64,000 nucleotides of DNA from an uncultured Gammaproteobacteria bacterium (GCA_964444705.1 CAYUHX010000001.1:17055-81054); one strand, 5' to 3'; positions 26,628 to 37,051 are shown, counted from the stretch's first letter. A program made the numbers and translations. The notes: generated from the letters alone by a model not told the origin.

Positions 26628-29360
26628 ATGAAAAAATCAATTTTAGTAATCCTTACTTTCTCTTTATTTTGCCAATTAGCACCCGTCGAAGCCTTTTCAT
26701 TAAGCAGTGCCGAATCCTTCGCAAATATTCGTTTGTCAAAACCACTCAACTCTCCCGACCTGCGCACTCCGCTCAAAACACCATTATTTTCTCCACAGTC
26801 AAACAGCACAAACCCCGCCGAACAAGAAAATGTTCCAAAAGATTCTTGGTATTACAGCAAGGAATACACGGCTCCCGATGAAAATTTTTTATTTGAAACT
26901 AATTTACGTATTGATGAACAAGCTACCCAACGCTTGCCCATTGAACAAGATTTAAAAGGAATGGATTATAATAATCAAGAAAATATCGGTGGATACGAAG
27001 CTGCTTTAGTGATGCGCCAGTCCGGCACCAACGATCGCTATCGGGCCATGTTTTCTTCCACTTGGAAAGAAATATTAATATGGTCGAGTCGCGGCGGTAT
27101 TTTGGCGGTGAAACCTTTTGCATTTGATCCGGGCGTGACGTATAAAGTTTCGTTTGCCAAACACGGCAACCGTTTGTTAGTAGCTGTCAATGACAAAACT
27201 ATTGTTTCGTTGATTGATCGTACCACTCCCATCAAAGTTGACCGTTACGGCTTGGCCACCAAAGAAGGCATCGTGTGGTTTTCTAGAATAAAATCCAAAA
27301 CGCTTACCGGCTCCATTTCTCGTTTGGATACTTCGGTGCATGTGGCTAATTTTTCTTTACGCACTTGGAAAGGTGTTACATGGGGATTTGATGGCGACGA
27401 ACCTATTTTTGCCTTACCGAATCGTACCGCTTTTGCTTCGGAAGTAAAATTGGTGCCAGGGTACGCGGCGCAAATGGCCCTGCAATGGTACATCCAAAAT
27501 TGGGTAGACGAAGCATTTCGTACGGATATTGTAACTAACATTGAAGAACATGAAAAAGGTACTAAATTAAGCTTTACTATTACGAGTAAAGATGAAACCA
27601 ATCGAACAGATTTAATCAACAAAACCAAAGTAACCGTGAGTTATGACGAAGCCAAAAATGTGTATGTGTATGATCATGTCAGTGAGCTCATTGTTCCTGC
27701 TGGATCAAATTTACGGATGAGCTATCCACTTGATATTGCGGATCCGGTATTTTTACAATCAGTTCCCTCCGGAAGTACTTACGGCCGACAATGGCCGGTA
27801 ACGCACCAATGGGGAGCATACCAACACCCTGATGGTAATTATTATAAACAGCCTTTTAATCACGCCGATTGGTATCCAGGCTACGGTACTCAGGAATTTT
27901 GGAATAAAGGCATGCACAAAATGAAAGCCGATGGCGGTTCGTGGGCTTTGGTGGGCGACAGGATCGCTAATCCAGTATTACAATGGAACGAATCACCGAC
28001 GCGCAATGAATTTAGCGCGCTTGTCTGCTGGTTCGCTTACGACCTGCATTTTAATTGGATGCCAGGAGATGGTAGCCCCGTTACCTTGCCAAGTGGTACA
28101 TATACCTTTAAATGGAGCGTATCTTCGCTTCCTGGAGATGAAGCCGATGCTCGCTTAAGCTCGGCGAAATATGCGGTGGAAGGCGACATGAGCTTAAAAT
28201 GGTTGCTTTATACTGGTGGCGTGGGTCATGTCGAAAAATTTGATAAAACCGCTTTACGAGCTTCACCGTTTGGAGAGTATATCTGGGGAGATAGCGCCTA
28301 TCAAGACACTGCTGTTGGCTATGATGATACTACCTCACTACGCCTGGAAGGTCCGGATTTTGTAAAAACCTCAGCGGGCGATAGCATGTTTACCGAGTCA
28401 TTTTTGCCGGACACTGACTATGAAATTTCTGCGTGGATAAAAACTGAAAATGTGCAGGGCAAGGGCCCCGGCATCATCTTTAGCGGGCAGCCCTATTATC
28501 CCGGTATCACCGGCACTACCGACTGGCAACAAATTGGCTTCGTGGCTCGCCCGCAAGAGCCGCTTTATTCGGTGCCGTTCTTTTTACACAATGCCGGTTC
28601 GGGCAAGGTATGGTTCGACAACTTCCAGATTCGCCCTATTACTGCCGTGAATCCAGTCGCGCTAAACTTAAACAATCGTCCTCGCCCTATTGCCAAAGGA
28701 ATTGCCATAGATCCAAACGCCTATTTGATTCTTGATCCAAAAAATGCGCTGACAGATGCGGCGCGCACCGTTCTGGATGGTTCAAATCGCCAAAATAACG
28801 GCGTGTTACAAAATGCGACAGTCGAAACAGTAGCAGAAAACAAGATATTCCGTTTCCGCGGCAACGACGCGCAAGTTTTGATGCGCGGGCATGAAAGCAC
28901 GGATTTTTCGGCTCCTGCCACCTTGGTCACCTGGATCAAACCGGGAACCGGTGTAAATGGCTGGAACGTGGTGGCGAGCGGTGGCATTGATCGGGCCGAT
29001 TATTGGCGTATTATTCTCAGCAAAGTAGATGATTATCGATTAGCCGTACACACGCCAGGAGGCACAATTGATGGTAGCGGTACGATTGTGCCAGAAGGCG
29101 TCTGGTCGCAATTGGCCTTGGTTGACGATGGCACTACCGCATCATTCTATTTCAATGATACGCTGGTTGGTACCACGCCTTCCAATGGGAATATTTTTGG
29201 CAAAGGCCCAACCGGGTATGTGCGATTAGGGGCCATGTCCTATGAAGGGCGGCCGACTTCAGGAGTTGAAGGTGATGTGAGCGCGCTCACTATTTTCACC
29301 AAAGCTTGGAGTGCGGAGGAAATAAAAGCGAGCTATCTAAAAGGACCGTTTGGATTATAG
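26628..29360 (+). CDS. large secreted protein (910 aa) with concanavalin-A-like/LamG-type and CBM-like beta-sandwich domains
   Basis: Signal peptide MKKSILVILTFSLFCQLAPVEAFS. C-terminal LamG-like pattern (TLVTWIKPG...WSQLALVDDGTTASFYFNDTLVG...GDVSALTIFTKAWSAEEI). Central CBM_4_9-like segment (DYEISAWIKTENVQGKG...VWFDNFQIRPI). Confidence 0.7.
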   Translation: MKKSILVILTFSLFCQLAPVEAFSLSSAESFANIRLSKPLNSPDLRTPLKTPLFSPQSNSTNPAEQENVPKDSWYYSKEYTAPDENFLFETNLRIDEQATQRLPIEQDLKGMDYNNQENIGGYEAALVMRQSGTNDRYRAMFSSTWKEILIWSSRGGILAVKPFAFDPGVTYKVSFAKHGNRLLVAVNDKTIVSLIDRTTPIKVDRYGLATKEGIVWFSRIKSKTLTGSISRLDTSVHVANFSLRTWKGVTWGFDGDEPIFALPNRTAFASEVKLVPGYAAQMALQWYIQNWVDEAFRTDIVTNIEEHEKGTKLSFTITSKDETNRTDLINKTKVTVSYDEAKNVYVYDHVSELIVPAGSNLRMSYPLDIADPVFLQSVPSGSTYGRQWPVTHQWGAYQHPDGNYYKQPFNHADWYPGYGTQEFWNKGMHKMKADGGSWALVGDRIANPVLQWNESPTRNEFSALVCWFAYDLHFNWMPGDGSPVTLPSGTYTFKWSVSSLPGDEADARLSSAKYAVEGDMSLKWLLYTGGVGHVEKFDKTALRASPFGEYIWGDSAYQDTAVGYDDTTSLRLEGPDFVKTSAGDSMFTESFLPDTDYEISAWIKTENVQGKGPGIIFSGQPYYPGITGTTDWQQIGFVARPQEPLYSVPFFLHNAGSGKVWFDNFQIRPITAVNPVALNLNNRPRPIAKGIAIDPNAYLILDPKNALTDAARTVLDGSNRQNNGVLQNATVETVAENKIFRFRGNDAQVLMRGHESTDFSAPATLVTWIKPGTGVNGWNVVASGGIDRADYWRIILSKVDDYRLAVHTPGGTIDGSGTIVPEGVWSQLALVDDGTTASFYFNDTLVGTTPSNGNIFGKGPTGYVRLGAMSYEGRPTSGVEGDVSALTIFTKAWSAEEIKASYLKGPFGL

Positions 29361-29435
29361 ATGCAACAATTTTTTAACGAATTAAAAACAGCGATAATTT
29401 TTCTATCGCTGTTTTTTAATTAATATTACTTTTTA

Positions 29436-29942
29436 TTATCCTTTGTTTAAACGCCTAGGAATCATAAAATTCTTTACATACTCATAACTTCGAGGATCAT
29501 TTTTTATTCTATTCATTTCCGCATAAATTTCTTGAGCCACTTGACGAGGACTCACTTTGCAATCATCACTACGATATAATTCCCAAGCTGACAAATCACC
29601 TTCAGAATGTTGGTTAAACCCCCAAAGTTTTTCTTTAGGTTCCTCAAGTCTGTTTCTTTCACGGAGGACTCTTTGAGCTGCTAAATCAAAAATGCAACGA
29701 GTTTCAGCGTCTTTGGTTTGAAGAGCTATCATATGAGATTTGTCAACTCTGGGATGCATTATTGTAAGATATCCTTTTTCAAGAGCTTGATACCAATTTT
29801 CATAACCTGTATCATCTTTAGCTCTCTCGACAATTTCTTCTGCCAAATCATAGTCTTTTTTTGTATCGCCGGGACGCAGTAAGTCTTGCATTTTCTTAGC
29901 TTCTGCTTCAGCGTCTTCTAAAGAATAACGTAATTCTCTCAT
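29436..29942 (-). CDS. hypothetical protein (168 aa)
   Basis: Open frame only. Confidence 0.45.
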   Translation of the reverse strand: MRELRYSLEDAEAEAKKMQDLLRPGDTKKDYDLAEEIVERAKDDTGYENWYQALEKGYLTIMHPRVDKSHMIALQTKDAETRCIFDLAAQRVLRERNRLEEPKEKLWGFNQHSEGDLSAWELYRSDDCKVSPRQVAQEIYAEMNRIKNDPRSYEYVKNFMIPRRLNKG

Positions 29943-29961
29943 ATTATTTAATAATAAGTAT

Positions 29962-31539
29962 TTACGGCGCCCCCTCGCTCCTTTTTACCGTCCCGCCCGC
30001 GACGAACGTCCCTTTTTCCAGGTCGCTAAATACCCGATTCATCGGGCCAAAATAAATGCCGTGCGGATAGGCAAGACCACTCGAGGCCTGACAGTAACGA
30101 ACTTTTTTTAGCGTCGCTTTATCAGCTGGCATTTTATTGGTCAGTGCACATTTTTGGGCTGCGGCTTTATCACGATAACCGCTTTGCACAATTTCGTATT
30201 TTACTTGCGCGCCGATTTTTTTAGCAACCTTAACATCCTCTTCGCCCACTTTTTGAATCTCTTTCCATTTTTCTTGGTAGGGCAAATAATCATCCTCAAT
30301 TACATTCAAAAAAATCTTTTTACCTTTGTTCATAGCAATACGCACCAAGCCAGGCGAATCAAGTGGAATGCTGGCAGTATCTTTAAATTGACACACGCGT
30401 GGCAAATACCCCCAACCGCACCAGCGACCAATAAAACCGGTTACGCCATTATTGCCGCTGGCTTCCTCAATCGCTAAATCATCAGCGCGCCACGGGTAGC
30501 TAAGCGGGCCGGCATTAGAAACAATGATGGAAACATCAGGATCAAGTACACCGTACATGAGCGAGCTATACGCGCCTTTGGAATGACCAGAGACAATCAA
30601 TTTTTTTTGATTAGAAATAGTAAAATTTCCTTCTTTTTGTAAGGCCAGAACCGCGTTGATGCCACGACGCGTACGGATTTGTTCCGCCAGCAATACCGAC
30701 ATATCAGGAAAATACTGGCGAATTTTATGCATGGCCACGGTATCGTATTCCAGTGACGTATCTTGTCCGCCCGGATATTCCCGCATCGTGCCATACCCCG
30801 GCATATCTGGCCCGGCCAGTACAATGTACCCGCGACGAGCGAATTCTACGCCCAGTGCATACGCCGGCGCAATCCCTTCGCCTTCGGTACAGGCGCCGAT
30901 TTGTTCGCGTGAAGCACACGCTGCCAGTGTCTGATGGCGGGCAATTACTAATTCGCGCGGCCCAGTATAATCACTGCGCGGCACCATTAAATAGCCATAA
31001 GATTTTTCACCAAGTAATCCATCAAATTCAAAACCATATACTTGAATATTTTCCTCAGCTGGTTTGGTTGGTTTCACAAAACCCAGGTCTTCCCACACTG
31101 GCTTGGCAAAAAACCCCCGATCAGTTTTAGTGATATGTGCTACCTTCATTTGATCCTCTGTTAATCCAGGATCCAATTTTAATTTCGGATTCAACGGCAC
31201 GCATGTATCCTGAAATTTCCCGCCCAGCATCCATTCTAAAGCTTTTCGCAATTTTTCCGGATTTTTTATTTCTTCTTCGGTAAGCGGTACCAACTCCTTT
31301 TTCCCTTCTTGGCTGGTTTTAAATTGCGGTGGCAGGCCTTTTTTCTTTTGTTCTTGTATTAATTCTTTGCCCCAAAACCGCACCTCTTCTTTAAGAGGTG
31401 TTTGAGGAACCTCCAAACAATTTTTTTTCTTCTCACTTTCTGCTTGAGCTGGTGATGAAATTGCCAAAATCCCCACCGCAGAAAAAATTAAAAAAATTGC
31501 ACTATTCACCAAAATAAGAGTATGTGTTTTTTTGTACAT
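29962..31539 (-). CDS. secreted alpha/beta-hydrolase-fold esterase/lipase-like protein
   Basis: N-terminal TM/signal LILVNSAIFLIFSAVGILAISSPAQA. Nucleophile elbow GHSKG (GxSxG) in VSGHSKGAYSSLMYGVLDP. Start chosen at MYKKTH so it does not overlap the uvrA stop. Confidence 0.65.
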   Translation of the reverse strand: MYKKTHTLILVNSAIFLIFSAVGILAISSPAQAESEKKKNCLEVPQTPLKEEVRFWGKELIQEQKKKGLPPQFKTSQEGKKELVPLTEEEIKNPEKLRKALEWMLGGKFQDTCVPLNPKLKLDPGLTEDQMKVAHITKTDRGFFAKPVWEDLGFVKPTKPAEENIQVYGFEFDGLLGEKSYGYLMVPRSDYTGPRELVIARHQTLAACASREQIGACTEGEGIAPAYALGVEFARRGYIVLAGPDMPGYGTMREYPGGQDTSLEYDTVAMHKIRQYFPDMSVLLAEQIRTRRGINAVLALQKEGNFTISNQKKLIVSGHSKGAYSSLMYGVLDPDVSIIVSNAGPLSYPWRADDLAIEEASGNNGVTGFIGRWCGWGYLPRVCQFKDTASIPLDSPGLVRIAMNKGKKIFLNVIEDDYLPYQEKWKEIQKVGEEDVKVAKKIGAQVKYEIVQSGYRDKAAAQKCALTNKMPADKATLKKVRYCQASSGLAYPHGIYFGPMNRVFSDLEKGTFVAGGTVKRSEGAP

Positions 31540-31552
31540 GTACCTATTTTTA

Positions 31553-34330
31553 CTATAAATACTTTGCGGTCCAACCTTTTTTGCGAGAGATAAGATCAGC
31601 CGGCGTACCAAAATCAACAATTTCACCACCACTCTCGCCTCCTTCAGGGCCAAGATCAATTACCCAATCACTGGAACGAATCATCTCCACATTATGCTCA
31701 ATCACAAGAACGCTATTACCTTTGTTCACCAAAGCATTAAGCACCTGGAGTAAGCGTTTAATATCTTCAAAGTGCAAACCTGTAGTAGGCTCATCCAGAA
31801 TATAAAGCGTTTTACCAGTAGAATGGCGCGCTAATTCTTGAGCAAGCTTGATACGCTGTGCCTCACCGCCTGAAAGGGTTGTAGCAGGTTGGCCAAGCTC
31901 AATATACCCCAAACCTACTTCACGGAGCACATTAAGCTTATCTGCAATCGCCGGAATATCACAAAAAAATTTAAACGCTTCTTCGACAGTCATCTTGAGC
32001 ACGTCGGCAATATGTTTGTTGTGATAATGCACTTCCAGAGCTTCTCGATTATACCGCCACCCACCACACTCATTACACTCCACATATACATCCGCCAAAA
32101 ATTGCATGGGAATACGAATATATCCATCACCACTACACGCTTCACATCGCCCACCACCCTTTACATTAAAACTAAATTTACCTGCATCATACGCACGCAT
32201 TCGTGCTTCTGGCAAAGACGCAAACAGATCTCGAATCAAATTAAAGATACCCGTATAAGTAGCCGGATTCGAACGTGGTGTGCGGCCAATCGGTGATTGA
32301 TCGATGGTAATCACCTTATCAATATGCGACAACCCCTGAATACTTTTGTGCGCCCCTGGCTCTTCTTTGGCGCGATAAAAATACTTAGCTAAGGCTTTAC
32401 TTAAAATATCGATAATTAATGTCGATTTACCCGATCCCGACACACCCGTAACACACACTAATCGACCAAGCGGAATATCGACATCAATATTTTTAAGGTT
32501 ATGAGCCGAAGCACCAGTAATCACAATTGACTTCCCCGTTCCTTTACGCACGACACGTTTTATAACCCCAATATTAGCTCGTCCAAAAAGATAGTCTGCC
32601 GTTAAAGAATCAGTTGATTTTTTAAACTCTTTAAGAGTGCCCTGTGCAATCACTTGTCCGCCATATACCCCGGCCCCTGGCCCCACATCAACCAAATAAT
32701 CGGCGGCGAGCATCATGGTGGCATCGTGCTCAACCACGATAACGGTATTACCCAAATCACGAAGATATTTAAGCGTTTCAATTAATTTTTGATTATCACG
32801 TGGGTGTAAACCAACCGATGGTTCGTCGAGCACATACACAATACCACTCAATCCCGAAGAGAGTTGCGTTGCCAAACGCACGCGAGTCACCTCACCGCCC
32901 GACAATGTATTCATGGCGCGATCAAGATTTAAATACCCTAAGCCTACACGCTCTAAATTTTCTAACCGCGGCACGATTTCACGAATAATCAAATCTGCCA
33001 CTTTTGAACTTTTTATTTCGCCTGTCAACACTCGTTTGACATCTTCCACATTCATCGCAGAAAAAGCCGAGATAGTATAATCTCCTAAACGTACGGCCAA
33101 CGACTCAGCCTTAAGACGTTTTCCTTGGCACACAGAACAAATTTTTTCTCGCATGTACTGCTCAATTTCTTTGCGCACATACTCAGAATTGGTTTCAAGG
33201 TGTTTGCTCATGAGATCGGGGATGACACCTACAAAACCAGTTTTCTTACCTTCAACGTCATACCATTCTTCGCCACTGCCATACAAAATGACATTCAAAA
33301 TTTTTGGTGATAAATCAACCACTGGAGTGTTGAGCGAAAAATTAAATCGATCGGCCACCGCTGCAAGAAGTTTGGTGTAAAAACTATGATTGCCGGTAAT
33401 ACGAGTCCAAGGCTGGATCGCACCTTCGGCTAAAGTAAGCCGTGCGTTTGGAATAACCAAACTCGCGTCAACCTCCATCGTCACCCCAAGACCAGTGCAA
33501 CGTGTGCACGCGCCATAGGGACTATTAAAACTAAAACTGCGCATATCAACCGGCGCCATGGTGCGACCACATTTTAAACAAATTCCCATGGTTGAACACA
33601 ATTTGTTTTTTTCTTCAGCCGAGAGCATCACCACCCCATTCGCAAGGTCAAGCGCACTTTCAATAAGCTTAGTAGGGTCTTGTTTTTTAATATCAGTAAT
33701 AGTGCCAATGAGTATCTCTACCGTGTAGAGGACATCTTTCTCAAACTGAAAATCAAGCAAATCGTTAATTTTAAAACGATTACCATTGAGACGCAACCAT
33801 TCAAACCCCGATTTTTCAATTCGCTCAAGTAATGATTTTTTTTCTATTTTTCCCTCGCGAATAAGAGGTGCATACACAGAAACTTCACCACTTTTACGGG
33901 CAAAACGACGTAATTCTTCCACAATTTCTCCACTCGTTTTCACCTCAACCGCCAAATGACATTCGGGGCAATACTGCTCACCCACGCGGGCAAAAAGCAA
34001 ACGCAAAAGATCATAAATCTCGGTTACGGTGCCCACGGTTGAACGTGGATTTTGCGTTGACATCTTTTGATCAATGGCGATAGTTGGCGATAAACCTTCA
34101 ATCGAATCGGCATCTGGTTTGTCTTGGGTTTCCATGAATTGTCGCGCATACGACGACATTGACTCCGCATAACGCCGCTGCCCTTCGGCATAAATAGTAT
34201 CAAACGCAAGACTCGATTTTCCTGATCCAGATAAACCAGTGATCACCACCAATTTATGCTTAGGAATTTCAATATCTACATTCTTTAAATTATGAACCCT
34301 GGCGCCACGAATTTTAATAGTGTCTGACAT
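31553..34330 (-). CDS. uvrA: excinuclease ABC subunit A (paralog 1, 925 aa)
   Basis: N-terminus [50 protein letters not shown]. Two ABC modules (second Walker [11 protein letters not shown]). Zn-finger cysteines. Confidence 0.92.
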   Translation of the reverse strand: MSDTIKIRGARVHNLKNVDIEIPKHKLVVITGLSGSGKSSLAFDTIYAEGQRRYAESMSSYARQFMETQDKPDADSIEGLSPTIAIDQKMSTQNPRSTVGTVTEIYDLLRLLFARVGEQYCPECHLAVEVKTSGEIVEELRRFARKSGEVSVYAPLIREGKIEKKSLLERIEKSGFEWLRLNGNRFKINDLLDFQFEKDVLYTVEILIGTITDIKKQDPTKLIESALDLANGVVMLSAEEKNKLCSTMGICLKCGRTMAPVDMRSFSFNSPYGACTRCTGLGVTMEVDASLVIPNARLTLAEGAIQPWTRITGNHSFYTKLLAAVADRFNFSLNTPVVDLSPKILNVILYGSGEEWYDVEGKKTGFVGVIPDLMSKHLETNSEYVRKEIEQYMREKICSVCQGKRLKAESLAVRLGDYTISAFSAMNVEDVKRVLTGEIKSSKVADLIIREIVPRLENLERVGLGYLNLDRAMNTLSGGEVTRVRLATQLSSGLSGIVYVLDEPSVGLHPRDNQKLIETLKYLRDLGNTVIVVEHDATMMLAADYLVDVGPGAGVYGGQVIAQGTLKEFKKSTDSLTADYLFGRANIGVIKRVVRKGTGKSIVITGASAHNLKNIDVDIPLGRLVCVTGVSGSGKSTLIIDILSKALAKYFYRAKEEPGAHKSIQGLSHIDKVITIDQSPIGRTPRSNPATYTGIFNLIRDLFASLPEARMRAYDAGKFSFNVKGGGRCEACSGDGYIRIPMQFLADVYVECNECGGWRYNREALEVHYHNKHIADVLKMTVEEAFKFFCDIPAIADKLNVLREVGLGYIELGQPATTLSGGEAQRIKLAQELARHSTGKTLYILDEPTTGLHFEDIKRLLQVLNALVNKGNSVLVIEHNVEMIRSSDWVIDLGPEGGESGGEIVDFGTPADLISRKKGWTAKYL

Positions 34331-34352
34331 AGTTCTCCTTCCTTAAATAAAA

Positions 34353-35798
34353 CTATTTGGAAATATTAAAACGTTTAAAATAAACTTGACGATGCTCTTC
34401 TCCACCAACAGTGGGAATATCTTTTATAGACGCAGCCTCGATATTGAGCGGAATTCCTTTTTTTAACTCTTCGACACTAAAAAAATAAGATTGATTAATA
34501 TCATATTTGTGCGTATCAAAAAATCCCCGATTTAAAGCCGTTCCATCACCCAAATCAACTCCATCTTTGCCAATATAATGAACTTGCACCGCACCCGCAT
34601 AAGTCTCATTCATTCCAAGTTTGAGCACAAAACCTCTAAATTTTTCTTTTCCACCGATACAATGTATGGTTGGTAGATTTAAATCTGCATCTGAGGCTTG
34701 CACCGTAAAAACCTGTGTTTTACCATCTGCAAGTGTCTGTAATTTTGCACTGGAATTTTCAACCATTGATACACCACTTTCACCTTCAACACACACCGCA
34801 TACAACCCCTCCACCGAACTTACTGACGGATTATTCCACTCTCGAGTTAAAAAATCAGGAAAAAAATCCTTAACAAAAGAATTGTGTGTAATAGTTCCAA
34901 TAATATTACCTTTCTTGCACAAATACTTCTTTTCATTAGGATCGGAAACGCAGATTGGTTTCTTGCCCCCTTCATCATCACACCAATTTCCCCAACAGGT
35001 GGCACCACCGCCCTGTTTCACAAAAAAACGCTTACCGCAATAAAAATTACGAGCATTGCTTTTTTCTGGAGGAACTTTGGTTTCATCTTTGAAGGTAATG
35101 TCGAACTTTGTATCTTTACCTGCCGGTTTGACCGGATTCTGTTGGTCGTCAACTCCCGAAGCAAGAGCAAAGCTTTTATCATTTTTTATTTCATCCCCCG
35201 CATCAGCACAAAATTTTGGCAACATTTTTATAGACCTCACCACATACACCGACGGCAAACGCAACTGCACGAGCGCAGGGTTGAGGGTGTTCAAAATAAA
35301 ATATGACAAAAAAACAATAAAAAGTCCTGTCACTGCACCAACAATTTTCTTTTTAGCCCCAGAAATAACCTCAGTATTACCACCCGAAGTTGTCCATTGA
35401 ATTCCCGCTAGCATGATAATGATGGTGGCCAAAATTGGCGCCACACCAATTGCATATTTATATCCAAGCTGAATGAATTCACCAATATTTTGAAATTTAT
35501 TTTTTCCAAAAAAAGTTATCGCCGTTTTACTTTGCCCGGCCGGCAAACATTTACCCCATTCTTTACCCACGCACGGCTCTTCGCCCTGAATCCAGCCATC
35601 TTTTGACTCTGCCTCATTAACAAGAGGATCTTGTGCTCGACGATATTCAGCACAATCCTTTTGTTTCCAACAAAGCGGATTAAATTCAGGAATAACTGTT
35701 TCGTTTGCTGCAACACAGACCGACCACGACCCAACCAAAGCCACCATCACACACACGCCGAATAAAAATTGTTTCCAAAAATTAAATGTTGACTTCAT
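34353..35798 (-). CDS. Cys-rich polytopic envelope protein with a TrbC/VirB2-pilin-like two-helix hairpin (hypothetical)
   Basis: N-terminal TM. Two Cys-containing extracytoplasmic domains (about 13 Cys). Internal hairpin GVAPILATIIIMLAGIQWTTSGGNTEVISGAKKKIVGAVTGLFIVFLSYFIL resembles the conjugative-pilin hydrophobic hairpin. Start at the second Met to avoid overlap with dsbA. Confidence 0.6.
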   Translation of the reverse strand: MKSTFNFWKQFLFGVCVMVALVGSWSVCVAANETVIPEFNPLCWKQKDCAEYRRAQDPLVNEAESKDGWIQGEEPCVGKEWGKCLPAGQSKTAITFFGKNKFQNIGEFIQLGYKYAIGVAPILATIIIMLAGIQWTTSGGNTEVISGAKKKIVGAVTGLFIVFLSYFILNTLNPALVQLRLPSVYVVRSIKMLPKFCADAGDEIKNDKSFALASGVDDQQNPVKPAGKDTKFDITFKDETKVPPEKSNARNFYCGKRFFVKQGGGATCWGNWCDDEGGKKPICVSDPNEKKYLCKKGNIIGTITHNSFVKDFFPDFLTREWNNPSVSSVEGLYAVCVEGESGVSMVENSSAKLQTLADGKTQVFTVQASDADLNLPTIHCIGGKEKFRGFVLKLGMNETYAGAVQVHYIGKDGVDLGDGTALNRGFFDTHKYDINQSYFFSVEELKKGIPLNIEAASIKDIPTVGGEEHRQVYFKRFNISK

Positions 35799-35799
35799 A

Positions 35800-36567
35800 T
35801 TATTTTGAAGAAAGAAATCGATCCCATAATTCAAACGGAATCACACCTTCAACCCTCTCGCCATTAATAAAAAAAGTAGGCGTCCCCCGAACACCAAAAC
35901 GCAAGCCATCGGCATAATCACGATTAATTGCCACCGCTGTAGCTGGCGTAGAAAGACACGCGTTCAATTTGTTTTTATCGAGGCGTGTATTTTTTACTAA
36001 TTCATTAATTTCTGCCTCACCCCAACTACTAGTAAAAAAAGTATCTTGAGAGGCGAAGAAAAAATCATACACGGGCCAAAAAAGATTTTGAGCTTTAGCA
36101 CATTGCCCAACTTCGGCCAACTGCGTTGCTCCTGGGTGCAATGATTCAACCGGAAAATTTCTGAACACAAAACGTACTTTCCCGGGGTATTTTTGCAACA
36201 CCTGGGCCACAATTGGGACTGCTAATTTACAATTGGGACATTTAAAATCTATAAACTCCACCACCGTAATCGGTGCGTCAGCCTGGCCAAAAACTAAAAA
36301 ATCCCCTTGTTCCAAATCTTTCCTTTCAGCTGCCGAAAGTACTCCATTTTGTGATACCGGTCCAGCGGCGGCACTAAACCGACCGCCCGATCCTTCCAAA
36401 GTGATTAAGTCACCCTGTTTTATCTGCCGCAGATACGACAAAGTAATATAACCAAACACAGTCAGCATGAAAATGATAGCTCCGCCTACCACAAGAGAGG
36501 TAATACCCCACCATTTTTTATACCATGGCTTTAAAATCACGGCGACATCCATACCAATTACCCTCAC
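35800..36567 (-). CDS. membrane-anchored DsbA-like thiol:disulfide oxidoreductase
   Basis: Thioredoxin fold with CPNC active site (FIDFKCPNCKLAVP) and cis-Pro region GTPTFFING. N-terminal TM anchor. Confidence 0.8.
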   Translation of the reverse strand: MRVIGMDVAVILKPWYKKWWGITSLVVGGAIIFMLTVFGYITLSYLRQIKQGDLITLEGSGGRFSAAAGPVSQNGVLSAAERKDLEQGDFLVFGQADAPITVVEFIDFKCPNCKLAVPIVAQVLQKYPGKVRFVFRNFPVESLHPGATQLAEVGQCAKAQNLFWPVYDFFFASQDTFFTSSWGEAEINELVKNTRLDKNKLNACLSTPATAVAINRDYADGLRFGVRGTPTFFINGERVEGVIPFELWDRFLSSK

Positions 36568-36673
36568 CTGGCTAATTTAAGAATTAAATAGTACCATCAA
36601 TTTCAAATTTTGACAAATCTAAATAGGGCTAAATCTGCGCTTGAGAAGCCTACAAATCTTCTGTCAAAGCCAT

Positions 36674-36702
36674 TGACAGAACCGCCGCGCTCATGCTACA
36701 AT
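36674..36702 (+). promoter_or_regulatory. sigma70-type promoter for rpmE (TTGACA-17-TACAAT)
   Basis: cATTGACAgaaccgccgcgctcatgcTACAATg, about 20 nt upstream of the rpmE ATG at 36725. Confidence 0.6.
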
Positions 36703-36724
36703 GAACGCACTTAAATTTTTCTTT

Positions 36725-37036
36725 ATGAAAAAAGACCTTCATCCTGAATACTTTGCTGCCGCCATGGTAACCTGCGCCTGTGGGAATTCTTTTGCGACCG
36801 GAAGTACTTTAAAAGAGATTCGTATTGAGCTTTGCAGCCAATGCCACCCTTTTTATACTGGTAAACAAAAATTTGTCGATACAGCTCGTCGTGTCGAAAA
36901 ATTCCAAGAACGAACGGTACGCCAAGATGCTGCGGCCGCCACTCGTAAAGGTAAAAAAGTGAAAAAGATTGCCGTTGCTAAGAAAAAATCCGACAAAAAA
37001 GCTGCTGAAGCCACCAAACAAGGGACTGAAAAATAG
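36725..37036 (+). CDS. rpmE: 50S ribosomal protein L31 with Lys/Ala-rich C-terminal extension
   Basis: [29 protein letters not shown]...[10 protein letters not shown] (CxxC...CxxC zinc ribbon). The product is about 104 aa against the usual about 70, because of a [22 protein letters not shown] tail. Confidence 0.88.
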   Translation: MKKDLHPEYFAAAMVTCACGNSFATGSTLKEIRIELCSQCHPFYTGKQKFVDTARRVEKFQERTVRQDAAAATRKGKKVKKIAVAKKKSDKKAAEATKQGTEK

Positions 37037-37051
37037 CTTTTCCATTTTAAA

